A stretch of 64,000 bases of DNA from the sequence record NZ_CP143948.1; one strand, given 5' to 3'. The translations under genes and the position numbers were made by a program. The DNA is from a plasmid. A model generated the notes under the pieces. The model ran no database searches, was not told the DNA's origin, and saw only the letters and a program-made list of their open reading frames with translations. Below, in pieces: positions 54,446-64,000 of the stretch (the stretch's first letter is position 1; each line of letters starts with the position of its first letter).

Positions 54446-54865
54446 TTATTTAGCAGCTTTTGGTCTCTTTGCGCCGTACTTAGAGCGGGCCTGTTTTCTG
54501 TTTGCAACACCTGCAGTATCTAATGTACCACGGATGATATGATAACGTGTACCTGGTAAATCCTTAACACGGCCACCACGAATCAGAACAACGCTATGCT
54601 CCTGTAAGTTGTGTCCCTCACCAGGAATGTATGAAGTTACTTCGATTCCGTTTGAAAGACGAACTCTGGCGATCTTTCTAAGAGCTGAGTTAGGCTTCTT
54701 AGGAGTAGCTGTCTTAACAGCTGTACATACACCACGCTTCTGTGGAGAAGAAGTGTTGATTGGCTTCTTCTGGAGAGAATTAAAGCTTCTCTGAAGAGCT
54801 GGTGCTGTAGACTTCTTTACAGATGTCTGACGTCCTTTTCTTACTAACTGGTTAAATGTTGGCAT
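54446..54865 (-). CDS. rpsL: 30S ribosomal protein S12
   Basis: [12 protein letters not shown] start at 54865 with a GGAGGTG RBS; the track ORF is 15 codons longer. Confidence 0.95.
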   Translation of the reverse strand: MPTFNQLVRKGRQTSVKKSTAPALQRSFNSLQKKPINTSSPQKRGVCTAVKTATPKKPNSALRKIARVRLSNGIEVTSYIPGEGHNLQEHSVVLIRGGRVKDLPGTRYHIIRGTLDTAGVANRKQARSKYGAKRPKAAK

Positions 54866-54964
54866 TATTTTCACCTCCTGTTTTATTTTAAGCAGTGCAA
54901 TCTTATGCACGCTAAAATATTATACAAATCCTTGTCTGTTTTGTCAAGGCCAATTTTGTTTTCA

Positions 54965-55004
54965 ATATAATACAAGAAAGAAGTCCGGTTTCCCGGACTT
55001 CTTT
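54965..55004 (-). terminator. Hairpin terminator after rpoC
   Basis: 12-bp stem AAAGAAGTCCGG/CCGGACTTCTTT (54977-54988 / 54993-55004) with a 4-nt loop. Confidence 0.5.
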
Positions 55005-55052
55005 GTTTTTGGTTTGTAACAGCTTCTGTAGCTTAAGTACAAACATCAGTAA

Positions 55053-58000
55053 TTATTCTTCATCAACTGATTCAGCATCTGTATCAATGACTCCGACTGC
55101 CTCTTTCTCTGCGAAATCCGCAAAATCATCATCATCAAAATCAAGTGTATCGTCATCGTTTACATCGCTGTCAAGCTTGATATTACGATAAATCTTCATA
55201 CCTGTTCCTGCCGGGATGAGCTTACCGATGATTACGTTCTCCTTCATACCGATAAGCGGATCAACCTTGCCCTTGATTGCTGCCTCAGTAAGAACCTTTG
55301 TGGTCTCCTGGAATGAAGCTGCTGACAGGAATGAGTTGGTTGCAAGAGATGCCTTTGTGATTCCAAGTAATACCTGTGAGCCAACTGCAAGCTCCTTGCC
55401 CTCTTCCTCGAGCTTCTCGTTGAGCTCTAAGAAGTCAAGGGCATCAACCATGCTGCCCGGAAGTAAATCTGAATCTCCCGGCTCCTCTACGCGGATCTTC
55501 TGTAAGCACTGACGAACTATAACCTCGACATGCTTATCGTTAATCTCAACACCCTGTAAACGGTAAACACGCTGTACCTCGCGGAGCATATAATCCTGAA
55601 CCGCACGAACGCCCTTAATCTTGAGGATATCGTGTGGATTTACAGAACCCTCTGTAAGCTCGTCGCCGGCCTCAAGCTCCTGTCCGTCTACAACCTTGAT
55701 ACGTGAGCCGTAAGGAATGAGGTAAGCCTTTGTCTCGCCTGTCTCGTTGTTTGTAACGATAACCTCACGTTTCTTCTTTGTATCCTTGATTGTGGCAGTT
55801 CCGCCGAACTCTGTGATAATAGCGAGTCCCTTAGGCTTACGTGCCTCGAAAATCTCCTCTACTCGAGGAAGACCCTGTGTGATATCTCCACCGGCAACAC
55901 CACCTGTATGGAAGGTTCTCATGGTAAGCTGTGTACCAGGCTCACCGATTGACTGTGCTGCGATGATACCGATTGCTTCACCAACCTGTACTGCCTGACC
56001 TGTTGCAAGGTTTGAACCGTAACACTTAGCACATACTCCCATGTGTGAACGGCAGGTAAGCACTGTACGGATCTTAACCTGTGTGATTGGATTACCATTC
56101 TCGTCAACACCCTCTGCCATAACCTTTGCTGCACGCTTTGGTGTAATCATATGGTTGGCCTTAACGATTACATTGCCATCCTTATCGCAGATTGTATTGC
56201 AAGAGAAACGACCTGTAATTCTCTCCTGAAGGCTCTCGATTTCCTCTCGACCCTCCATGAATGCCTTTACAACCATTCCCGGAATCTCACGTCCTGTGCC
56301 TGCACAGCAGTCTGTCTCACGAACGATCATATGCTGTGAAACATCTACGAGACGTCTTGTAAGGTATCCTGAATCGGCTGTACGAAGCGCTGTATCTGAA
56401 AGTCCCTTACGAGCTCCATGTGCTGACATGAAGTACTCGAGTACGTCAAGACCCTCACGGAAGCATGACTTGATAGGAAGCTCGATTGTACGACCTGTTG
56501 TATCAGCCATGAGTCCTCGCATACCTGCAAGCTGTTTGATCTGCTTATCAGATCCACGGGCTCCGGAATCTGCCATCATGAAGATGTTGTTGTACTTATC
56601 AAGACCTGTAAGAAGTGCCTTTGTAAGGGCATCATCTGTATCCTTCCATGTCTCGATAACCTCTTTGTAACGCTCCTCATCAGTGATAAGTCCACGCTTG
56701 TACTGTCTTGTAATCTTATCTACAGTGTCCTGTGCATCAGCGATCATCTGTGGCTTCTGTGGTGGCACTGTCATATCTGAAATTGAAACTGTCATGGCAG
56801 CCTGGGTTGAATACTTGTATCCCATAGCCTTGACATTATCAAGAACCTCTGCTGTTGTTGTAGCTCCGTGTGTGTTGATAACCTTCTCAAGGATCTGCTT
56901 GATCTGTTTCTTACCAACGTGGAACTCAACCTCAAACTTGAGTGCATTCTCAGCCTTTGATCTGTCTATAAAACCAAGATCCTGTGGAATGTTCTCATTG
57001 AATATCAAAAGTCCTACTGTTGTCTCTGTAAAACCTGAAACCTCTGTGCCGTCAGGAAGCTTTACTGTACGGTGTACAAAGATATTCTGGTGAAGAGTAA
57101 TCTCCTTGTTCTCGTAAGCGAGCATTGCAAGATTAACACTTCCATAGTAACGGCCGAGAAGATCTATCGGTCTGCAAAGCACACGACGGTTTCCGTCTGT
57201 AACATCCTCAAACCAGATGAGGTCATATAAGCCAAGCTCAGCCTTTCCTGTATTTTCATCAGGAGTTGTGAGCTTTCTAAGCTCCTCAATATCATTGTAT
57301 ACAGTGTCTGATGACACCTGTGCAACCATCTTTGGATCATCCTTGTAATCAGCGAGCTTTCTCATTGTGAGGTAGTAAACTCCAAGGATCATATCCTGTG
57401 AAGGAACGGCTACAAGTCCACCATCAGAAGGCTTAAGCAGGTTGTTAGGTGACAGAAGCATGAATCTGCACTCAGCCTGTGCCTCAGCAGTCAGTGGAAG
57501 ATGTACAGCCATCTGGTCTCCATCGAAGTCGGCGTTGAACGCTGTACATACGAGTGGATGAAGCTTGATTGCCTTACCCTCTACAAGGATTGGCTCGAAA
57601 GCCTGGATTCCAAGTCTGTGGAGTGTAGGAGCTCGGTTAAGCATAACCGGATGCTCTTTGATGACATCCTCAAGGACATCCCATACCTCCGGCTGAAGTC
57701 TCTCAACCATCTTCTTTGCACTCTTTATGTTGTGTGCGGTTCCGTTAGCGGCAAGCTCCTTCATAACGAATGGCTTGAAAAGCTCGATAGCCATCTCCTT
57801 TGGAAGACCACACTGATAAATCTTAAGCTTTGGCTCTACACAGATAACTGAACGTCCCGAGTAGTCAACTCGCTTTCCGAGAAGGTTCTGACGGAAACGT
57901 CCTCCCTTTCCCTTGAGCATGTCTGAAAGAGACTTAAGAGCTCTGTTTCCGGGACCGGTAACAGGACGGCCACGACGGCCATTGTCGATAAGTGCATCGA

Positions 58001-58901
58001 CAGCCTCCTGAAGCATACGTTTCTCGTTACGAACGATAATATCCGGAGCTCCAAGATCAAGAAGTCTTCTAAGACGGTTGTTACGGTTGATAATTCGTCT
58101 GTAAAGGTCGTTAAGATCACTTGTTGCAAAACGTCCTCCATCGAGCTGAACCATTGGACGAAGATCCGGCGGGATAACAGGAATAACTGTCATAATCATC
58201 CACTCAGGCTTGTTTCCTGACTCACGGAAAGCCTCTACAACCTCAAGTCTCTTGATGATACGTGCACGCTTCTGGCCTGTAGCATTCTCAAGCTCTGCCT
58301 TAAGCTCTGCCGAATCCTTCTCGAGATCGATTGCTGCTAAAAGCTCACGGATAGACTCAGCACCCATTCCTACACGGAATGCTGAGCGGCCATAAGTATC
58401 GCATGCCTCCTGGTACTCTGACTCATTGAGAATCTGCTTGTATGCAAGCTTTGTCTCGCCTGGGTCAAGCACAATATATGAAGCAAAGTACAGTACTCTC
58501 TCAAGTACACGTGGAGATAAGTCAAGGATGAGTCCCATACGTGATGGGATACCCTTGAAATACCAGATATGAGATACAGGAGCAGCAAGCTCGATGTGTC
58601 CCATACGCTCTCTACGAACGCTTGACTTTGTGATTTCTACGCCACATCGGTCGCAGACAACACCCTTATAACGTATCTTCTTGTATTTACCACAATGACA
58701 CTCCCAGTCCTTCGTTGGTCCGAAAATCTTCTCGCAGAAAAGACCGTCTTTTTCAGGCTTTAATGTTCTATAGTTAATAGTCTCAGGCTTTTTAACCTCG
58801 CCATGTGACCACTCTCTGATCTTTTCAGGAGATGCTAATCCAATCTGAATCGCATCAAACTGCATTGCCTGATTATTTTCTATATTATTTGTTTCTGGCA
58901 T
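55053..58901 (-). CDS. rpoC: DNA-directed RNA polymerase beta' subunit
   Basis: 1282 aa; NADFDGD catalytic motif and zinc-binding cysteines. Confidence 0.97.
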   Translation of the reverse strand: MPETNNIENNQAMQFDAIQIGLASPEKIREWSHGEVKKPETINYRTLKPEKDGLFCEKIFGPTKDWECHCGKYKKIRYKGVVCDRCGVEITKSSVRRERMGHIELAAPVSHIWYFKGIPSRMGLILDLSPRVLERVLYFASYIVLDPGETKLAYKQILNESEYQEACDTYGRSAFRVGMGAESIRELLAAIDLEKDSAELKAELENATGQKRARIIKRLEVVEAFRESGNKPEWMIMTVIPVIPPDLRPMVQLDGGRFATSDLNDLYRRIINRNNRLRRLLDLGAPDIIVRNEKRMLQEAVDALIDNGRRGRPVTGPGNRALKSLSDMLKGKGGRFRQNLLGKRVDYSGRSVICVEPKLKIYQCGLPKEMAIELFKPFVMKELAANGTAHNIKSAKKMVERLQPEVWDVLEDVIKEHPVMLNRAPTLHRLGIQAFEPILVEGKAIKLHPLVCTAFNADFDGDQMAVHLPLTAEAQAECRFMLLSPNNLLKPSDGGLVAVPSQDMILGVYYLTMRKLADYKDDPKMVAQVSSDTVYNDIEELRKLTTPDENTGKAELGLYDLIWFEDVTDGNRRVLCRPIDLLGRYYGSVNLAMLAYENKEITLHQNIFVHRTVKLPDGTEVSGFTETTVGLLIFNENIPQDLGFIDRSKAENALKFEVEFHVGKKQIKQILEKVINTHGATTTAEVLDNVKAMGYKYSTQAAMTVSISDMTVPPQKPQMIADAQDTVDKITRQYKRGLITDEERYKEVIETWKDTDDALTKALLTGLDKYNNIFMMADSGARGSDKQIKQLAGMRGLMADTTGRTIELPIKSCFREGLDVLEYFMSAHGARKGLSDTALRTADSGYLTRRLVDVSQHMIVRETDCCAGTGREIPGMVVKAFMEGREEIESLQERITGRFSCNTICDKDGNVIVKANHMITPKRAAKVMAEGVDENGNPITQVKIRTVLTCRSHMGVCAKCYGSNLATGQAVQVGEAIGIIAAQSIGEPGTQLTMRTFHTGGVAGGDITQGLPRVEEIFEARKPKGLAIITEFGGTATIKDTKKKREVIVTNNETGETKAYLIPYGSRIKVVDGQELEAGDELTEGSVNPHDILKIKGVRAVQDYMLREVQRVYRLQGVEINDKHVEVIVRQCLQKIRVEEPGDSDLLPGSMVDALDFLELNEKLEEEGKELAVGSQVLLGITKASLATNSFLSAASFQETTKVLTEAAIKGKVDPLIGMKENVIIGKLIPAGTGMKIYRNIKLDSDVNDDDTLDFDDDDFADFAEKEAVGVIDTDAESVDEE

Positions 58902-58919
58902 TTTGGCACTCCCTTCTAA

Positions 58920-61900
58920 TTATTCTTCGTCATCAAGAACTTCATCAGCAAAAATATCGTCATCCGCTGTCTCAGGAGACTCTTCCTCTTCTATGTCAAC
59001 AAGCTCTTCGTTGTCATCAAATTCTTTCTTTGAGAAACCATGCTCTGCGAATGACTCACTGTCCTCGAATGCATAGTCCTTATCGTTTCCGATAATTGAG
59101 TTGATATCTGTATTACCGTACTCACTTGTCTCGATAAGCTCAACCTCTTCTCTGTTCTCATCAAGTACCTTGACATCCAGACCAAGTGCCTGAAGCTCTT
59201 TGAGAAGTACCTTGAATGACTCTGGAATACCAGGCTCAGGGATATTCTCACCCTTGATGATAGCCTCGTAGGTCTTGACACGGCCAACAACATCATCGGA
59301 CTTCATTGTAAGGATCTCCTGGAGTGTATATGCAGCACCATATGCCTCAAGAGCCCAAACCTCCATCTCTCCGAAACGCTGTCCACCGAACTGTGCCTTA
59401 CCACCGAGTGGCTGCTGTGTAACTAATGAGTAAGGACCTGTTGAACGTGCATGAATCTTATCGTCAACAAGATGATGCAGCTTAAGGTAATGCATGTGTC
59501 CGATAGTTGTCTTTCCATCGAAGCACTCACCTGTTCTACCATCACGAAGCTGTACCTTTCCATCCTTTGAAATCGGAACGCCCTTCCATAAGCTTCTGTG
59601 AGCTCTGTTTGTTGAAAGGTATTCCATAACGTCCTCACGGAGTGTATCAACATATTTATCATAGAAGATTTCAGCATCTGCGCTCCAGTATGGATGCTCA
59701 GCCTGTAAATCCTTTTCAAGCTCTTCCTTATCGAACGGAAGATTTACGTAATCATTTGCAAGCTCAAGTGTATCCTCGATATCTACCTCGTTTGCTCCGT
59801 CAAATACAGGAGTTGAGATATTGAAGCCAAGTGCCTTTGCAGCGAGACTCAGGTGAATCTCAAGGACCTGACCGATGTTCATTCGTGAAGGAACACCGAG
59901 TGGGTTAAGTACGATATCCAGTGGACGTCCGTTTGGAAGGAATGGCATATCCTCAACAGGAAGCACACGGGAAACGACACCCTTGTTACCGTGACGTCCG
60001 GCCATCTTATCACCGACAGAAATCTTTCTCTTCTGTGCAATGTAGATACGTACTGACTGGTTTACTCCCGGAGAAAGCTCATCGCCGTTCTCTCTTGTAA
60101 ATACCTTGGCATCAACAATGATACCGTAAGCACCATGAGGTACCTTAAGTGATGTATCACGAACCTCTCTTGCCTTCTCACCAAAGATGGCACGAAGAAG
60201 TCTCTCCTCTGCTGTAAGCTCTGTCTCACCCTTTGGTGTAACCTTTCCTACAAGGATATCACCGGCACGAACCTCTGCACCTACACGGATGATACCTCTC
60301 TCATCAAGGTCCTTGAGTGCGTCGTCGCCGACACCAGGGACATCACGTGTAATCTCCTCAGGTCCGAGCTTTGTATCACGTGACTCTACCTCATACTCCT
60401 CGATATGAACTGATGTATACACATCATACTCTACGAGACGCTCTGAAAGAAGAACGGCATCCTCGTAGTTGTATCCTTCCCATGTCATGAATCCGATAAG
60501 CGGGTTCTTTCCAAGAGCAAGCTCTCCCTGACTTGTTGAAGGACCGTCTGCGATAACATCGCCTGCCTTAACCTTGTCACCCTTAAATACGATAGGTCTC
60601 TGGTTGTAGCAGTTTGACTGGTTAGAACGAGAGAACTTTGTAAGGATATACTCTCTCTTGTTTCCGTCAGTCTCTTTTATGATAATGCGGTTTGACTCTG
60701 AAGATAATACCTCTCCGTCTGCCTTTGCAACTACGCAGACACCTGAGTCAACTGCGGCCTTTGTCTCAATACCTGTACCAACTACAGGAGCCTCTGTGGT
60801 CAGAAGCGGAACGGCCTGACGCTGCATGTTTGATCCCATGAGGGCACGTGTAGGGTCATCGTTCTGCAAGAACGGAATCAGCGCTGTAGCTACTGAGAAT
60901 ACCATCTTTGGAGATACATCCATATAATCAAATGCTGACTTATCGTACTCCTGAGTTTCCTCTCTGTAACGACCTGAAACTGAGTTACGTATGAAATGTC
61001 CTTCGGCATCAAGCTTCTCATTAGCCTGTGCTACGTGGTAGTTGTCCTCCTCGTCGGCTGTCATGTATACAACCTCTTCTGTGACTACCGGGTTCTTAGG
61101 ATCAGTCTTGTCAATCTTACGGTATGGAGCCTCTACGAAGCCATACTCATTGATTCTCGCATAGCATGCAAGTGAGTTGATAAGACCGATGTTTGGTCCC
61201 TCAGGAGTCTCTACAGGACACATACGGCCGTAGTGAGTGTAATGTACATCTCGAACCTCGAATCCGGCACGGTCTCTTGAAAGACCACCAGGTCCAAGTG
61301 CTGATAAACGTCTCTTGTGAGTAAGCTCTCCAAGAGGGTTATTCTGATCCATGAACTGTGAAAGCTGTGAAGAACCGAAGAATTCTTTAACAGCGGCAGT
61401 TACAGGCTTTATATTGATAAGTGACTGAGGTGAAATTCCCTCTAAGTCCTGTGTAGTCATTCTTTCACGAACAACACGCTCCAGTCTTGAGAGACCGATA
61501 CGGTACTGGTTCTGTAACAGTTCTCCAACCGCACGAATACGTCTGTTTCCAAGATGATCGATATCGTCATCTGTTCCTGCGCCCCACTCTAAGTGCATAT
61601 TGTAGTTGATAGTTGCGAAGATATCCTCTTTAGTAATATGCTTTGGAATAAGGTCAGATATATCTCTCTTTATAGCCTCGATTCTGTCCTCAAGAGAATC
61701 ATACTCCTCGAGAATCTGAGCGAGTACCGGATAGTAAACAAGCTCAGTAACACCGATAGACTTAGGATCCTCAAGCTCAGGAATCCAGCTTCTGATGTCA
61801 ACCATCATAGAAGAAAGAATCTTGACATTTCTTGTCTCTGTCTGAATCCATAAAGCAGGAACGGCAGCGTTCTGGATCTGTGTGGCAAGCGCACGGTCAA

Positions 61901-62861
61901 CAACAGTACCTGCCTCAGCGATAACCTCACCTGTAGAAGGATCAACTACGTCCTCAGCTAAAACCTGTCCACTGATACGGTTCTTTAAAGCAAGCTTCTT
62001 ATTAAACTTATAACGTCCTACCTTGGCAAGGTCATATCTTCTAGGATCGAAGAACATTGCTGTGATAAGGCTCTCTGCACTCTCAACCGAAAGTGGCTCG
62101 CCCGGACGAATCTTCTTATATAACTCTAATAAACCAGCCTCATAGCTTCCCTGTGGCTCACGCTCTGTGATTGCAGGGTCCTTGCTGAATGATGCCTGGA
62201 TCTTTGGCTCATCTCCGAACATATCGAGAATAGCCTGGTTTGTACCTACTCCAAGTGCACGTAAAAGTACTGTGATAGGTACCTTACGTGTTCTGTCTAC
62301 TCTTACATAAAAAACGTCGTTAGAGTCTGTCTCATACTCAAGCCATGCACCACGGTTTGGAATAACAGTACAAGAATACAGGGTCTTTCCGAGCTTATCA
62401 TGAGCAATTCCGTAATAAATACCAGGAGAACGAACTAACTGACTGACAATAACTCGCTCTGCACCGTTGATTACGAATGTACCGGTCTCTGTCATTAAAG
62501 GCAGATCACCCATGAAAATTTCATGCTCATTAATCTCATCTGTCTCTTTGTTGTGAAGTCTGACTTTAACCTTTAAAGGAGCTGCGTATGTTGCATCTCT
62601 TTCCTTGCACTCAGGAATTGTATACTTTACATCATCTTCGCATAATGTAAAATCTACAAAATCAAGACTAAGCTTTCCGCTGTAATCTGTGATTGGAGAG
62701 ATATCCGCAAAAGCTTCCTTGAGACCTTCGTCTAAGAACCACTGATAAGAATCCTTCTGGACCTCAATCAGATTTGGCATCTGCAGAACCTCTTTTTGTC
62801 TTGAGTAACTCATACGCATGCTTTTTCCGGATGTGACCGGACGTATTCTGTTTTTCTCCAT
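58920..62861 (-). CDS. rpoB: DNA-directed RNA polymerase beta subunit
   Basis: 1313 aa; conserved beta-subunit regions. Confidence 0.97.
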   Translation of the reverse strand: MEKNRIRPVTSGKSMRMSYSRQKEVLQMPNLIEVQKDSYQWFLDEGLKEAFADISPITDYSGKLSLDFVDFTLCEDDVKYTIPECKERDATYAAPLKVKVRLHNKETDEINEHEIFMGDLPLMTETGTFVINGAERVIVSQLVRSPGIYYGIAHDKLGKTLYSCTVIPNRGAWLEYETDSNDVFYVRVDRTRKVPITVLLRALGVGTNQAILDMFGDEPKIQASFSKDPAITEREPQGSYEAGLLELYKKIRPGEPLSVESAESLITAMFFDPRRYDLAKVGRYKFNKKLALKNRISGQVLAEDVVDPSTGEVIAEAGTVVDRALATQIQNAAVPALWIQTETRNVKILSSMMVDIRSWIPELEDPKSIGVTELVYYPVLAQILEEYDSLEDRIEAIKRDISDLIPKHITKEDIFATINYNMHLEWGAGTDDDIDHLGNRRIRAVGELLQNQYRIGLSRLERVVRERMTTQDLEGISPQSLINIKPVTAAVKEFFGSSQLSQFMDQNNPLGELTHKRRLSALGPGGLSRDRAGFEVRDVHYTHYGRMCPVETPEGPNIGLINSLACYARINEYGFVEAPYRKIDKTDPKNPVVTEEVVYMTADEEDNYHVAQANEKLDAEGHFIRNSVSGRYREETQEYDKSAFDYMDVSPKMVFSVATALIPFLQNDDPTRALMGSNMQRQAVPLLTTEAPVVGTGIETKAAVDSGVCVVAKADGEVLSSESNRIIIKETDGNKREYILTKFSRSNQSNCYNQRPIVFKGDKVKAGDVIADGPSTSQGELALGKNPLIGFMTWEGYNYEDAVLLSERLVEYDVYTSVHIEEYEVESRDTKLGPEEITRDVPGVGDDALKDLDERGIIRVGAEVRAGDILVGKVTPKGETELTAEERLLRAIFGEKAREVRDTSLKVPHGAYGIIVDAKVFTRENGDELSPGVNQSVRIYIAQKRKISVGDKMAGRHGNKGVVSRVLPVEDMPFLPNGRPLDIVLNPLGVPSRMNIGQVLEIHLSLAAKALGFNISTPVFDGANEVDIEDTLELANDYVNLPFDKEELEKDLQAEHPYWSADAEIFYDKYVDTLREDVMEYLSTNRAHRSLWKGVPISKDGKVQLRDGRTGECFDGKTTIGHMHYLKLHHLVDDKIHARSTGPYSLVTQQPLGGKAQFGGQRFGEMEVWALEAYGAAYTLQEILTMKSDDVVGRVKTYEAIIKGENIPEPGIPESFKVLLKELQALGLDVKVLDENREEVELIETSEYGNTDINSIIGNDKDYAFEDSESFAEHGFSKKEFDDNEELVDIEEEESPETADDDIFADEVLDDEE

Positions 62862-63127
62862 TGACGTTTCACCTCTCGTTTTTATTTTAATCTAGCAAAT
62901 ATCTAGATAATGATTCAAAAACCACCCCAGTTACTATATCTTGTGGTTTTTCTCTTGTGCACATATTTGCGAATGCATTTTAGTGTAATTTACCTATTGA
63001 CAAATTTGCATCATTTAAAAAATTGCATAAAAATGCCACTGCACCACAATAGTGCAACGTATACTATACAACAAATCACCGACAATTGCAAGTACTTTTT
63101 TATTTTTTTCACTGTCGCGCAATAAAA

Positions 63128-63172
63128 ACATAAAAAAGAGCCGAGGCGCAAATAAAATTTGTCCTCGACTCT
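63128..63172 (-). terminator. rplL terminator
   Basis: Minus-sense AGAGUCGAGG...CCUCGGCUCU hairpin followed by UUUUUUAU. Confidence 0.65.
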
Positions 63173-63206
63173 TTTTATATTTTTAATTAGCTCGTAACCT
63201 ATCAGA

Positions 63207-63581
63207 CTACTTAAGAGTAACCTTAGCACCCTCTGCCTCAAGTTTAGCCTTAGCATCCTCTGCTGAAGCCTTGTCAAGCTGCTCTTTGATAACCTTTGGT
63301 GCGCCATCAACAGCGTCCTTAGCCTCTTTAAGTCCAAGACCTGTGATCTCACGAACAACCTTGATAACCTTAACCTTGTTTGGTCCAACTTCTGTAAGCT
63401 CTACGTCGAACTCAGTCTTCTCCTCAGCTGCTGCTCCGTCAGCTCCTGCTGCTGCAACTACAACACCTGCTGCTGCAGAAACACCGAACTCTTCTTCACA
63501 AGCTTTTACTAAATCATTTAACTCTAATACGCTTAACTCTTTGATAGCATCAATAAACTCTGCTGTTGTTAACTTTGCCAT
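63207..63581 (-). CDS. rplL: 50S ribosomal protein L7/L12
   Basis: [21 protein letters not shown]...; Ala-rich hinge; C-terminal domain. Confidence 0.95.
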   Translation of the reverse strand: MAKLTTAEFIDAIKELSVLELNDLVKACEEEFGVSAAAGVVVAAAGADGAAAEEKTEFDVELTEVGPNKVKVIKVVREITGLGLKEAKDAVDGAPKVIKEQLDKASAEDAKAKLEAEGAKVTLK

Positions 63582-63641
63582 TATAATTTCCTCCATTTAA
63601 AAATTTAATTATGATAATAAGGTTCAAATATAATATTTGAA

Positions 63642-64000
63642 TTATTCTGCTGCTGGAGCTTCCTCTGCAGCATCCTCTGCTGGTGCTGCCTCTACGGCTG
63701 CATCTGCAGCGCCACCCTGCTCTGCGATCTGATTGAGTACACGAGCAAGATTTGTGATAGGTGACTGAATGCTTCCAAGTAATTTTCCAAGAAGCTCATC
63801 TCTGCTAGGTACAGCGGCGATTGCCTTCATACCCTCAGCATCATAAAATGTTCCCTCAACTACGCCTGCTTTAATCTCTAAAGCCGGAGCTGTTTTAGCG
63901 AACTTAGCTAAGATTCTGGCTGGTGCTGTTGCATCCTCTGTTGATACAGCGAATGCGCTTGGTCCTTCAAGTACATCCTTTAATCCCTCGAACTCTGTTC
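63642..64000 (-). CDS. rplJ: 50S ribosomal protein L10 (3' part; gene continues beyond window end)
   Basis: C-terminal L10 sequence ending in an Ala/Glu-rich tail; the open frame continues to 64000. Confidence 0.85.
   Translation of the reverse strand, partial: TEFEGLKDVLEGPSAFAVSTEDATAPARILAKFAKTAPALEIKAGVVEGTFYDAEGMKAIAAVPSRDELLGKLLGSIQSPITNLARVLNQIAEQGGAADAAVEAAPAEDAAEEAPAAE

Overview
This 64-kb window from a low-GC Firmicutes genome (Clostridia/Lachnospiraceae-like codon usage and gene content) is built on the ribosomal super-operon backbone, all on the minus strand. At 63.6 to 50.2 kb lie rplJ (partial), rplL, rpoB, rpoC, rpsL, rpsG, fusA and tuf. At 27.7 to 11.0 kb lie the S10, spc and alpha operons (rpsJ through rplQ, including secY, adk, map, infA, rpmJ, rpoA). 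About 22 kb of accessory DNA (28 to 50 kb) separates rpsJ from tuf, two genes that are normally adjacent.

The most notable accessory content is a three-gene SMC-type module at 37.4 to 43.0 kb that resembles Wadjet jetABC / condensin mksFEB. It has a kleisin-like 511-aa protein, a 241-aa partner and a 1134-aa SMC-like ATPase, but no JetD/MksG Toprim nuclease. Instead it is translationally coupled (2-nt gap) to a 154-aa hexapeptide-repeat (gamma-CA/YrdA-like) protein.

A second accessory element is a 3.7-kb AT-rich cassette at 46.5 to 50.2 kb bounded by 55-bp direct repeats of the tuf 3' end. It carries a RiPP-like locus: a 35-aa precursor peptide, a radical-SAM/SPASM maturase, an MFS exporter and a divergent XRE HTH regulator that appears 5'-truncated.

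The remaining accessory genes are an RlmI-like methyltransferase, corA, trpS, ybaK, ppk1, a glycerophosphodiester phosphodiesterase plus UMF1 MFS transporter operon, an MCP chemoreceptor, a Dabb protein and a GNAT acetyltransferase.

The left 11 kb holds an OGG-like glycosylase, an Rpn-family nuclease, spoVG, glgD, glgC, murC, a DnaD-domain/DnaI-like pair preceded by tandem DnaA boxes, and prs. No rRNA, tRNA or CRISPR arrays were seen. All functional calls rest on my own reading of motifs in the translated ORFs, not on database searches.
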